From: Schizochytrium sp. TIO01
Lineage: Eukaryota > Protista > Bigyra: Labyrinthulomycetes
DNA length: 64,000 bases
Direction: 5' to 3'
Assembly: GCA_004764695.1 (NCBI GenBank)
Contig: SMSO01000014.1
Coordinates: 5,094,845-5,158,844, forward strand
Shown here: positions 1 through 13,597 of the stretch, one piece after another
Layout: every line of letters begins with the position of its first letter
Numbering within the stretch: position 1 is the first letter of the stretch
Notes under the pieces: generated by a model
Told to the model about the DNA's origin: nothing
The model's database searches: none
What the model saw: only the letters and a program-made list of their open reading frames with translations
Position numbers and translations under genes: made by a program

Positions 1-383
1 AATGGATGAGTGAACGATCGAAGCAGAGAATACCAGGAGAACAATTCTGTTTGCGCCGCCGTGCTCCTCGGAACGCAAGTCGAGGCCGCCGGAGCGGGCT
101 GCGATTAATCATGCCAGATCTTGGCCCAACGCTCCTCCGTCACGAGTCACTAAGCAAGCGCACCGCGTTCGGGTCTTCTTTGGCGGTCCTCCCCGCCAGG
201 CTCTTGCCTGCTTCAAACGCGGCTGAGTCTGCCTTCGACCAACAGCCTTCACATCGTAGGTGGTGCCTAGGCACTGCTATGCATAACAGAATAGAACATA
301 ACAGACCAGAGAAGAACATAGCAGAACAGAACAGAAGAGAAGAGGGCACTAAAGGCGGGTGGGTTATTATAAATATATATTAA

Positions 384-418
<35 letters not shown>

Positions 419-884
419 ATTAATTAATTAGGTGTTGTGGCAGGCATAGAAAGGACGAGATCAGGTCAGAGATAGGCGCGTTATAAAAGGTCAAGTGCGA
501 AGCTAGCTTGGCATTATTGCGCTGTTCTCTTCATTGCGCTGCGCTGCTGTTGGAGAGGAAGTGGGTGCTCTGCCGGTGTGGAGAAAGCAAGCTGGCGACT
601 TTGAAGATATTAAATTATTCGGGTCCTTCGGTAGGTAGCACTCCCTCACTGGCACTGCAGATGGGGTTTGTGACGAAGAACAAGGTCAAGTGAAGTGCCG
701 GTGAAAGCTCTTCGGGGTAGTAGATGGGGCAGGCCGGCTGGTTGCCCCTTTCGGGCTGCTGCTGTGTCAACGGGAAGCGACAGAGGTGCTGCTGCGCTCT
801 AAGTAGGCGAGACTGCCATTCTGAAGGCAGGCACAGCATTTCTCTTGTGCAACTTAAATCGCTCATCTCATTCCGCTTACGCAC

Positions 885-919
885 CATTCATTCATTCATT
901 CATTCATCCATGGATTGAC

Positions 920-956
<37 letters not shown>

Positions 957-1024
957 CATCCATGAATTGATTCATTGATTGATTGATTCATTCAATCATC
1001 CATTGATTGTTTGTTTGTTTGTTC
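885..1024. repeat. Compound tetranucleotide microsatellite (CATT)n-(GATT)n-(TTTG)n
   Basis: Directly visible. Confidence 0.9.
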
Positions 1025-1959
1025 ATTTATGCCATCGGTCGCCACTCACTCTAAAGCGCAGCAGCCATGCTCGAAAGAATCGAAACAAAGAAACCCTGCC
1101 TGGGGATCGATTCATTATTCCTGCTGCTTCCCTCCCTCCCTCCCTCCACCACCAAGCAAGCAAGCAAGCAAGCAGCCACGAGTCCATCCACAGGCTCGCA
1201 CGGAGAAATCGCGAGCCTTTGTTGCGAGTCCTGTTGGTTGCTTCTTGCAGGCAGGGCTCCTCTATCGAGCTCTTCTTCGCCCCTCTCTCTTGGGTTTCCT
1301 TTCTCATTTCCCCAGACATAACGAGCCCATTACTCTTTACTAAAAGCCCTCTCTTATTCCCTCTCATATTCCCTCTCATATTCCCTCTCATATTCCCCTC
1401 ATTCGCTAACTGCAAGCTAGTGCTAGCAATACCTAGCTGGGTAGGCTAGCTAGCTAGCTAGCGCGGTCTTCCGCCTAATAAGCAGCGAGCGCCTCAGTCT
1501 CTCAGTCTCTCTCTCTGCGTCTGTGTGTCTGTGTGTCTGTCTGTGCGTCTGTGTTAGTCTGCGCTGCCCAAAGGCAGGCAGAAGCGGAGCGTGTCTGGGC
1601 GTCTGTGCCGCTCGCTTGAGCAGCTGGAGCTTCCTTCACTTTCTTTGAATGTTGCTTCCCTGTTGGTGGCCTACAGCACCTGCAGCACTTGATCCGATTT
1701 TAGGAGTCGTAGGGGTCTTTTCCCTGTACTTGGCCGCCTCTCATGCTTTCTGCTCCTTTGATCCCTCCCTTTTCGAGGCAGGCCGGCTGGCTCTGGGCTC
1801 TGGCGTCTCGCGCGTCTCGTGCGTCTCTTGCCTCTGCAGGCGGCGTCTCTCCTCGCGCGAAGAGCGCGAGCCCATCGCGGCTTTGCTCAGGCCATTCCAA
1901 GCAGCGGAACGAATACATGAATAAATGGATGACCGAATGAGTGAATGAATGAATGCACA

Positions 1960-2007
<48 letters not shown>

Positions 2008-4448
2008 GAGAAAGAGAGAAAGAGAGAAAGAAAGGGAGAAAGCATGAGCCCAGAAATCTTAGTTTTCTCTTGAAAGATGTTTTAATTTCGTCAACAACAC
2101 TCACTTATTATCATCAGCTCTACGTACGGCGCTTCTTCTGCTTAATTTGCTTCCCGCTTATCTTTTTTGCTACGCGACGTCCACAAGGGCTGTGTTTAGA
2201 GCTCTTTGTAGGACAAACTTGAGGGCAGGGGGCTTCTTCACTGGTCTATCTGTCTGTGCTGCGCCTCACCTGCAGACAAAGGACCTCCTGCTTTGCCGCA
2301 GACAAACAACGCCGATGCTCGCAGCGCGATGGCTCCGGGGGGGCTTCTTTGTTGTGGTAGCAGTAACCTGTAAACAGTTTTTATGATAAACTCAGTAGCA
2401 CCGCCTGGAACTTAGAACAAAAAGCAGGTCCCTTTCGCTTTTAAGTATTGTTATGATTATTAATATTAAATTCATGCCATTAGATTATTAATTAACATTT
2501 TTTTTTTCCAATAAATATTGACAACATCAAGAAGTCACAACAGGCGCATGAACGAAGGAACACAATCAATAAAAATAATCAGAAATCCTAAAACTTTATT
2601 TTAAAGAGGAGGAGGCGACAAGAAAGAGAAAAAGAAAAACAGAAGAAAGAAGGCGCTAAATCGTTGAGAAGGGGAAGAAAAACTGATGCAGAGAGAGGGA
2701 TACACCGAGCAAGAAGTCAGGTTATGCTGCGATTCGCGTAGCAGGTCATGTCCGAAAGCTGGAACCTGACCGCGCGGCGGCCTCTGCCTCGCCTTTGGGC
2801 TCCTGTTTCCTGTTTCCTGACCTGACTGCCACTCTTGATCCACGCGGTGGAGGCTATCCTCTGTAGCTCTGGCTTCTTCGCCTCAGCTCGATCCGCTCAG
2901 ACTTCGCTTCGCTTGCTCTGGCGATATCGATGCTTATTGCCTTTCTCATTCATTCTTGCATTCATTCATTCCTTCATTCTTGCATTCATACATTCATGCA
3001 TTCATTCATTCAATTATATTATTCATATATTCATTAAAAAAAAAAAAAATCATCCTCGCAGTGCACCTCTGAAAGAAAGTTTATATTCCTTTCTGTAAGA
3101 AACTCCGCACTTCCTCTCCTCAGGCAAGACTACTAATGTTTCCTAGAAGGCGAGGCTTTTAGAAACAAAAAGCTCTTCATTTCCAAAGAATACAAACCTT
3201 TTAACCTTTTTTAAAATATTTTTATTAATTATTATTAAAACAGCATCACTTTAATCGAAGTAGCAAGGAGAGGAGAAAGCGGAGCAGCAGAATACAGGCG
3301 CGCATGTTCCAAGAAGGCGCCTGTTTGTTTCATTAAATTGAAAAGAAGAGGCGAGTGGGGGGAGAAGGTGGCCCTAGTGAGAGCAAGGCACTCGCGTAGA
3401 TAAGCTCAGGCCGCCCTCCTCAGGCCTTCTGCCTCTCTCTGCCGGAGAGAACAAGAAGACGCCTGCCTAGCTGTAGCTAGCTAGCTAGAGCGGCCAGGGG
3501 TCCGTAGCGTCCTCGCCGCGGAGACGAGCGTAGGGCAGGCGCCTGCGTCTAGAGCGGCCTACGCAGGGCGCTAACGCCGCAGCCGCCGCCTTTGGTGCTT
3601 CGATTGCTTATAGTACTGCGCTTCTGCTGCTGTAAAGGAACTTCTTTACTACGTTTTTAAGTTGATGAGACTAAAAAACGAAGAAAGAAAGGAAGAAGAA
3701 GAAAGAAATAAAAAAATGTTTCTCAAATGATAATGTTGTTATGATGCTCGAATCAAGCAGCAGAGGCAGCAAGTTGTTGTAACAGATGCCTTGAGAGCTT
3801 TAGTACAACCGGCTACAATTCATTCCTAGGCAAGTCTAAGCTGGCTTGCTTTGAGATGCCTGAATAGAAGGTAGGCCGGGGTTTAGACCTGGTCGATAGC
3901 GCGCAACTGAGGCGAATTTTAGTGTTATGTCTGTGCTATCGCTGTACAGAGGCTCTCCTTCGAAGAGAGAAAACCAATCTAAACTAAAAAAACGTTTAAC
4001 CAGAAACAAAAACATGTTATTGCGGGAAGGGGGACAAAGAGAGTTTGCGCTCGGTGATTCTCTGAGGTTGACTAGGACAGCTTATAAAAAGTTCAAGTTA
4101 AAAATGTTAAAGAAAGTGAAAGTAAACATAACTTAAAACGAAAGCAAGGGTGAGCAGACAGTAGGTTGTTGGTTAGGTAGATGAATGAATGTGTTTCTTT
4201 TATTTTCATCAGGCAAGGAACTCGTCAATCGATATCAATCGAGCCCGCGGCTTGCCTATGTATTCTTCTTCAGGCAGGTTACCTGTGTGGACGGGCCTAA
4301 GCGCCGCTGAGCCTGCTGCTGCTTCCGAGGCTTCGTAGGTCTCCCTCCACGCCCAAACACAGATCATCAGTGTACAACAGCAAAGCCAACCAAGGCCTCA
4401 ACCTTGTAAATTATGTTTGGAGGCACCCGCCTTCCTCTTCTATTATTA

Positions 4449-4705
4449 TCATTCATTCATTCATTCATTCATTCATTCATTCATTCATTCATTCATTCGC
4501 GCATCTATTATCTATAGGCAGCTGCTTCTAAACATAAAAAAACAGACAAATGAGTGTTAGCCAGAATGTTTATTCCATTCACCGTTCTTTCATTTGTTTG
4601 ACTGTTTGTCTGTTTGTTTGACTAATTTGTTTGATCATTCACTGGTTTGATCATTTGTTTGTTTGTTTGTTTGTTTGTTTGTTTGTTTGTTTGATCATTT
4701 GTTTT
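4449..4705. repeat. (CATT)n tract (4449-4497) and degenerate (TTTG)n tract (~4593-4705)
   Basis: Directly visible. Confidence 0.88.
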
Positions 4706-7700
4706 TGTTAAAAGCAAGAAAGCAAGAAAGCAAGAGACACCGCAACAACACAGGCGCCAGGAAGAGAAGAAAGCCTCGCGTGAGGAGCGAGCTCAAAGCA
4801 GCGAGCCTCCGTTGAGCCTGGCGGATCAAGAGGGCCAAGCTGCCCTTCACTGGGTGCTCTACGCCAGCCACCCGAGAGAGGCCTCGCGCTGTCCCTGCTT
4901 CGCTTTGAGGGGTACTGCCGCGCGTGGTGGGTGTGAAGGGAGGGAGGGATCAGAGAAAGCAGGAGAAGGAGAAGCCGAGAGAGAGACAGAGAGATAGATA
5001 AATAAGTAAATATATACATACATACATTATATTCAGAGAGAGAGAGGTCGTCTGCAGGGTCCGATTACTGCATGTGGAGAGAACAGAGAGCAGTAGCTTA
5101 CTCAATAAGTAGCTATAAGTATCGTTCACGCTTTGTTTTGGGGCGAAAAAACGAAGAAAGGATGAAAAAAGGTCGAGAAATGGTGAGGGGCAGAATAATG
5201 GTTGAGGCATAAGAGGCCCTTCTTTGGGCCTAGGTGGATCGCTAGACGTTGCTAGGACTTGGCGGGGATTTTGCCGATCTTGAGGTCTTATGAACTTGTT
5301 GGTGGAAAGCACGCACGCAAGCCGAGAGGAGTATATGTATATCTGTACCTGGTTGCAGGCATGCATGAGTATTTGTATGTAGCTTCGGCAGCGCTTGGCA
5401 AAGTGCAAAGGTACCTACGTACCTACCTACCTGCCTCTAGAGCTACTTCCGCTTGTTGAGAAAAAGAAGGTAAATGTAATTAAAGACTTGTAGCATTTGA
5501 AGATGAAGCGGAGAAGTCTTCAAAACATGAAACTAGTTTGTTTTCCTCAGGATTACGACGTGAAAATGAACAAAGAAAAGAAAAGAGCATTAAAACGAAA
5601 AGTCTGCTTGATGAAGTCATGGTTAAAAGCAAAATATAATCTTACAGGTAAGTGAAATTGAGGAAGACAGACAATTTTTGTTTTAAAGGAAAAATATGAG
5701 CCTCGTTCTAAAATTGTTAAGGAGCATATTTTAAAAAGACGGACTCCTCGACTAGAAATACCACTCTCCTCGGGGTTTGTCTCGTTTGTCGGAGTTGCTG
5801 GATAATTATAGGCTTGGCTCTGTAAACTCTACATATTTAAGCGCATCGACACAAACAAATCTCATTTCTGATACTTGATAATTAAAGTGTTTAAACGGAT
5901 GACGTCTAACGAAAGGAGGGGGTTTTTTCTTTGAACGTAGTAACAGAAAAAAGGCGTTAGTTACCTTAATACAAGCGAGTGTTATTCTTCTACTTGTTCT
6001 TTGGCAGTAAGTACCTAATAGAGATTTAAAAAACAAATCAACGAAATCATTTTTTATTGTAGAAAAGTATACTCGAGTAATTTGGGTTGAGGTCATATTT
6101 GTAAAGCTGTGCCTCTGCTAGCATTGAATAGTCTATAAATTACCACTAGATAATATATTCATGCTCATTGGACATCGCTCCCTAAATGGATGGATGGATG
6201 GATGAACGAATGAATAAATAAATGAATGAATGAATTACTAACCCATATATTTTACGTAATATCCCTTCAACAAATCTTAAGTACGTCTCGGCAACCATTC
6301 TTGAACTATTTTTCAGCAGCGTAGAGCTGATTCGAAAGGATAATTTCTCAGCTGTTAATAATTAACAATTAACAAAAAAAAAAAACAGTGATCGGCTTCT
6401 AGCAAGGTGGCATAAAACAGCAAAATAGCCAAGTTAGCTTCTTCGATTGGGCATTTAGAGTAGCATAGCTTACTCTATAACGTGCAATTTGTGCTTCAGA
6501 TTAAGCACAGAGCTACAAGCATATTTCAACTTCTATTAGAGCGACGGGACAGTTGAACTTTTTCTATCAGAGAACGCAAACGCAGCTTCTTTTCACTCAC
6601 AAAAACATGTCAATTTTCAAGACTCCGAACAACCATGATGGCAGTTGCTTGGGCTATTTTTGTAGAAAATAAATCTCGAACAGCCAACCTTGGCTTATGT
6701 GAAGCATGCATTAGAGAATCCTATGTATCTGCATCTTGCTTAAGTAACACGGTATAGTTTATAGCTTACCATCCTTTTGATATTCCATTTTAAAGCGTAT
6801 TAGCTTTTAATCTTTAGTTTGAACGAATTCTTTTCCCCCATTTATTAAAACTCTAGCTGAGGATACATAGGAATATAGAAAGCCAAGGTTGATTGATAGT
6901 TACAAACATCGTGACGTTGCAAGGGGATGCAAGATAAAAATCCATCGTGACTGAGCTTCTACGTTTGCTGCTTAGCGAGCTGATTTATCTTACGTTTTAA
7001 ATGTATTTCCAATTCGCATGGGTGGCTACGAGAATACCGTATTTGTCGTGTTGTTTCGGATTATGAGAAGACATTCAACATGCTTACACAACCGAAAAGG
7101 TTAAGCATAAAGGGTTTTTCCCACCCTGATATCAAAAGTATCATGCGGGTTTCTTCGGTGCAATTGCCAGTTTAACAGAAGATCCAAAGCTCAAATACAC
7201 TACCGCTGAGTTTTGAATGAAGGTATAATAGATGTTTTTGTTTCAATATGATAGAATAGAGAGGTACTCCAGAATAATAACTTCTGTCTCCTACGAAAGT
7301 GCAACTGAAGAGGATCAGAGTCGAATTTATGCAAACAAGCAATCATGATTTGAGCATTAGCAGGAATTTGCCATATCGACTGTCGCTGCTAAGAGAATTC
7401 ACTTTATTTTCCTACTTTCCTTTTATTCTCTATTCTATCAGGATCTAGGATCAACTATGGCCTATTACATGGATAGTATTTCGGTTCGCTGGCAATGTGG
7501 GATCTGTATATACTAAAGGTTTTTATTTCTCTCTACGTAATACATTTGAGCCTTTAGCTTTCATTTTTAGAAGAGTAATAATCTATTTCATAGCAATATC
7601 AATACTCTCCTCTGTGGTATGTAACTAAGAGACTTTCTAATTATTGTCTCTATTTTATTGGGCTTATATCGATGATACAGAAATTGCTTGCACAAAGCCT

Positions 7701-10700
7701 TGTGCAAAAAAAAAGATTCCAAGGCAATAGACAAAAATCTACTGGGCTGTCAATAAGAAGCGAAGTGGCCGTTTCTATTCGAGTTTCGACAAAGTCATCT
7801 TTGTTTTGTTTTCTATTTCCTTTTTAAAAATAAATAAAATTCCCAGAAGAGAATTGAGTCTAGATATGAAATGAAAAAGAAAAAGAAAAAAAAAAATGAA
7901 AACAAAAATAACTTTGTCCATTCGTTTATTTCTTTCGTTGCTCTGCAGAAAGCATAAGTCTCCGTGGCAAAAGATATATAGGAAAATAAACAAACAAAGA
8001 AGAGATAATCATATCCACTTACGAATTGGTCAACAATTGTGCTAGGGATAAAAATTAAATGAGAGAGGAGACGAGAGCAAAGGAAAAGAAAGAATAGGAA
8101 AGTCAGTAACGCAAAACTGAAAAGTATGAATAGTGAAATATTTTATTTTTATTTTTAAATAAAGAGATGATGACTATTTTTCAACAGACAAGAAATATCA
8201 TAATAAGAACAATTTAGAAATATTAAAAACGTTTTTCTGCTAAGTATCACTGGCAGATAGATTACTGGCGACCACTAATTAGCAAAGGGAATTTCCTAGA
8301 TCGCTCCATTCTGCATTTTTTCTCTCTTTCTTTGATGGCGCTGCCACTTCCTGAAAACTGTATAACTGTATAAGTAAGTTATACATCCCAAAACTTATTT
8401 CAACCTACTTTTCGTATGATTAATCGGATCTACACTTGCCCTTACCAGTCTCACCGCAATGACACATTTCAAAGCCTTTTGGCAAATATGTTGGGCTCCC
8501 GCAAAACCAACCTTCGTATGGAGATAAATCGCAGTGCCACCGTGTAAACTTGCCATAATTTTTAATACAAATATTTTAATTAAAGAAGGAATATTTACAA
8601 TTAAGCAGGCCTTGCTTAGAAGTAAGAAAATGGGTCCATTAATAAGAAATGTACCTAGTACTGGTGAATGAGGCGCCCACCATAAAACTGACAAGCATAT
8701 TCTGGAGGTAGGACCTCCTAACGAACGATATAGAAAACAGCAAAGTCCTGTGCAATTGACGTGAAGAACGTGAAGAATGTGAGAAGCTAGGTTTGAACCA
8801 AGTAGGGTGCACTACACCTCTAATACAGCCTACATCTATTATTGTGCTCTAGAGTATCAAAACACTCTTCTGAATGCTTCTCCTCCATGGAAAAAGAAAA
8901 GGAAGGAAAAGAAAACATCATTCTTTTGACTGGATAGTTCACACCTCACTTTCTTTCTGAAAAAGAAAAGAAAAGAAAAAGAAACACAGGAGATAGAAAG
9001 CGAAAATTAACAGCAGAAGACCATAACCATCAGTTTTAACGGTTTATTTATTCACTCTATGAATTATATTACGAGTCTACCACATAGGCTTGGGACTTGC
9101 TGTTGTTATTATGACTAAGCTCACAATGGTTACAACGCCACGCCTCTGAAGGGGTCTCTCAGCTGTTTGCAAGGTCATTGTAGCGTGATTACACAATGTC
9201 CAATATACCGAAAATTCACAACGATGCAACAGACACCAGCGCAGTCACTTACTTGTCTTGTTTTAAGAAGTTGAAACCTTGGAAAACTTTCATTTTGCAT
9301 TCAATCATTTGTTTGTTTATTTATGCATTTATCATGTCTAACAAAAAGGGGAAATTGGAAAATGGAAGGGCCTACTATTTGAAAAAGAAAAGAAGAAAAT
9401 CGATGGGTCAGGTGAGGCACAGTATGTTTCCAGTTTAGTTTAGTTGATTTTCCTAATGAGGTTTCTTCATATTTTAATGTAGGAGTGTTTAGTTGCATGC
9501 ATGCGTGCAATAATAGTTTTTATAGAGCAGAATAAAAAAATGCGACTTCTCAGGTTGAAGACATCTTCTTAGAGTACAGGTGCGGCTCAAATCGCTGGTT
9601 AGCACGGGAAAATATTCTCTTTGCTTTCCCTCCCTCCCACAGTCCATATTTACATCTAAATTTGATATCAGTAAAAGAAGCAGTGAGTGAACTCCTAACT
9701 GTCACTATCACAGACTATCTAACAGGCATATATGTTGTGACTGTTGAGGTTTATTATTCAAATACTCGAAAGCTCGCCAAAGCATAGGATGTTGTTTATC
9801 TCAGTTCTTGAATTTCACGGCTCTGGCACTCTAATTACTTATAACGAATATTTCGACTTAGAGAATACTAGCTTGTTTATTCTTACACATGCGAGATCCC
9901 AAAACTTTACCGACGATAATTGTTCTAAGGATCTATATTGTTACTTTATCCCCATATGAAACCTATGATTGCGGAATGAGATGTTTGTTGCCTATGGAGC
10001 CTGAAATGCTGCTGACGCTCGGATGAACGTTGCCATATCATTGTGATTGGAGCAGACAGGAAAAAATTACAGTCAGTGGGTGACGCATATGTCCATTTCA
10101 TTTGACGACAAGAGTCCATTCCTAATATTAATTGTCTTAAGAAATTAGCTCTGAGTTCTTCTTCTAACTTGTCCGATACTTCTTATTATACTTGAAGAAA
10201 CCTTGTCTCTGCTGACAAAGGTATGTTGGACTTGTAGAAGAATGCATATCTAGGCAAGAACAACACTTTCAAGTGAGCCTTATGGAGTTGGTTAGTGACA
10301 GAACAATGCAGGCAACACAGGCATATTTTTGGTATTAGATCAGATCATCGATGCAAATCCTTGCCAAGAAAAACTCAGCGGACTGAGAAGAGCAATATAT
10401 TGATAATTATTTTAAAAAATAATAATAATAAATAAACTATTTGGAGAGAGGAAGAAACCAGTGTTTTCTACTGTAACAAGTTAGGAGTAGTCATTATATA
10501 TTTAAATTTATTTTAAAAAGAAAGTCAAAGGAAATTAGTTGAGATAAAATAATAAGCATGCTTCATTTAATCTATCTTAAAAGGTTTTTTTACTTCGTTT
10601 GCAATATAAAATATCATTTAAGATTGAAAGTATTTCGTTTTAAAGCTAAGAAAATTAAACAATATTTTCGGAGATACTTAAAAAAAAAAAGAAAAAAAAA

Positions 10701-13292
10701 AGAGGGAAGTTGTAATTGCTTTAAAGAAAAAAAAGGAGAAAAAAGAAAGAAAAAAAGGGGCGTACCAATGAGTTACTGTGGCTAGTAATGTCCATAGTTG
10801 ATGCTCGTTCGAACAGCTTCTTTTGGCCACTTCTATTATGACCTGTTTTCATTAAAAATCTGCCTTCCGATTCCGAGGGAATGAGTGCTAACCAACTACC
10901 CCGCATCATAGCCCGCGAAGAAGCAGAGAATCGCCTCTGATGCGTAGGCCCGCCTACCTTTTCGTACGCCCCTCTTTTTCTCCGCGTTCCCCTCTCAGAG
11001 AGTCGATTGAGTGTAGTACTTTATAAAGCACCTATAAACTCCAGCGAGATCAAAATACGGAAGGTGAGTTCGGGTATACAGATTATAGAGCGTCTGCCTT
11101 TGTGCTTCAACATGCGCAACGCAAAGCTCCCCCTTTCCGCATACTTCCCTCATAGCCAGTGGGCGCTCCCTCTCTACCACGAGCAGCAGCTGTTACTCTT
11201 TGTGGGGGTGATACAGAGGACTGTGGGATTTTGTGATTTGCCTCACATAAACAGAGAGGGGCGCGTGGGTTTGTTTGTTCATTCGAGCTGCCTGTTTCCT
11301 CCTGCTTGGCGGGCAAACGAAAGCCGCCTCCGCGAGCGCCGCCCCACTTCGAAGCCGGCCGCTCGCAGCGCTTGCGCCTCTCCGGCAGCTGCTTCGCCGC
11401 CTCCAGGACGGTTACAGCCCGGAGTAGCACCGCCTAGCGGACAGAGAGAGGGGCAAAGACAGAGAGAGGCGAAGCTTGTGAGGCTGCGTTCTTGGCGAGG
11501 AAGAGCTAGACTCGGGTAGGCGGGCTAATAATTGTAAGTAGAAGATGAGATGCTTCCTTTCTCTCGTTCTTTTCGTTCTTTTCATTCTTTTCTTTCTTTC
11601 CTTCTTTCTTTCTTTCTTTCTCCTGCCTCGCACACCGTGGGAGAACTTAGAACAGCGTGGAGGAGTCAACTCGAAGCTTAAGCGCAGCGGAAGGGCTCAG
11701 GGGCCTATAGCTTGGGCTGCGCGGAGAGGGCCTGGCCTGTTGGGTTTTTTTGACTTGGGTCGCTTTGTTGGTTGGCTTTGGCGGGGAGGGAGTAACGCTG
11801 GCTTAGAGTGGGATCCAGTATCTCCTATCGCATTCTAGTTCATTACAGGGTAGTCTATTCTAGGCTATTCTAGTCTACTCCAGTCTAGTGAATTCTATGC
11901 GTGGCTAGTCTATTCTGGTATAGATTTTTATTTTATTTTAACTTTTTTATATGAATTCTTCAAGAGTGAAGAAAGAGGGAACACAGCTGCTTTGATCCGG
12001 ATTTCGTTATGAGATGTGCAAGGAAGACGAAGAAGAAGAAGAGAATTGCAAATTACAAAACGTCGAACATGCGAAGAGCTGAGCCTGCGCGGGAGCCGCT
12101 CCTGGGCGCGATGCAGCGATGTTTTGGAGAAAGGAATGACGACTTTGCCAAAAATCTGAATGAATGAATGAAAAGCATGAAATGGAAAAGAGACGAAAAG
12201 AGAAACAACCAAGTTGTATGTAATCAATCCTCAAATTATCTCACGTGTCGTTTTTTCTTTATTATAAATTCTTTATTAATTTTATTATCCCCCGATAAAA
12301 TAAACTTTCAAGAACGGCAGGAGCGAAGAATAGGAATGATCTGATGGAATGGAATGATTGACTTCTTTTCATGTTCATTTTTTACGAATATGTTTTTTTA
12401 TTAGCTAGTTAGCTAGCTAGCGAGATCGTGAAATAGCAGAGATAAGGAAGGCAGCAGTACGTACCTACTTTTAATTCAAGCACACAGGGCGCCTCGTCAC
12501 GCTCCGCTGTGCGTTCGAAGCTTTCATCTAAGCACCAAGTAGGTAGCGTTCGACGGTGGCTGTGCGGTTGCTGTTGCTGGGAACTGGCTGAGTGCTGGGC
12601 GCCTTCTTCCCCTTCAGTGGGTACACAGAAACATGGTCAAAGTAGGGTTCGCAGCAGCACTGCTGTCGGCAAATTAGCCAAGGAATGACTGAGTGTGACC
12701 TGGAGACAATCATTTTCTATTTCGTTTTGTTTATTGATGAAAGGAAAGGAAATAGGAAGAAAGAAAAAGCAGAACTTTTTTGTTTTCGTGTGTGCTTTTG
12801 TTTTTGCATTTTGAGCTGTATATAGATAGCTCTTTTTGATAAAGTTTCGGTCAAGAAGAGGAAGACTAACGTTGAAAAGGTAAACCTCAAAGTGTTGAAA
12901 TCAAAACTTTTCAGAAGAAAACGCTCTTTGAGTTTTCGGTCAAGATGGAGATTTTTTCTGTTTTAAATGTGCCTCGGTACGATTTTGTAGTAGAGCGTAT
13001 TTTAGGTTGAATTTAACAGAATTAAAAGCCCAATTGATAGATGATATATTCTGGATAGTGCTGCTGGTGTTTAAAACTAAATATTTTGTTAATTTTTGTT
13101 ATTCAAACAGGTACAAAACTGAGTTTGCGCTTCTTACATTCTGTCCTTTCAATAAAGGCTTCTTTTATTTATTTATTTATTTATATATTTATTTCAAAAT
13201 AAAAAAATGAAACAACTCAAAAATGCAGGTTGTTACTGTTTCGTCCCTCTGATGAGCTAGCTCGAACTAGGATGAATGAAAAGGTGCTTTTC

Positions 13293-13355
13293 CTTTTCTT
13301 TTCTTTTCTTTTCTTTTCTTTTCTTTTCTTTTCTTTTCTTTTCTTTTCTTTTCTT
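13293..13355. repeat. (TTTTC)n pentanucleotide microsatellite
   Basis: Directly visible. Confidence 0.92.
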
Positions 13356-13566
13356 GAAACTAATGAAGACGAAGGAACATATATCCTGGCGAGATAAATA
13401 GAAAATAGCCAACGTGACAGAGGAGAAGGAAGCACTTTGAGAAAAGGCTCTTCTGATCGTGCGTATCGAATTGACTTTCTTTCACAGAAAAGATTGAATT
13501 CTTTAAATAAAAATGAATGAGAGCTCTTTGTCGAGCGAAATCGGACAGACGAAGAGCGGGAAAAGA

Positions 13567-13597
<31 letters not shown>

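Noticed and set aside
9540-9787. Open frame with a filamin-like phrase (TITDYLTGIYVVTVE)
   Set aside because: Short, no start codon or convincing splice sites, and the resemblance is limited to a few residues.
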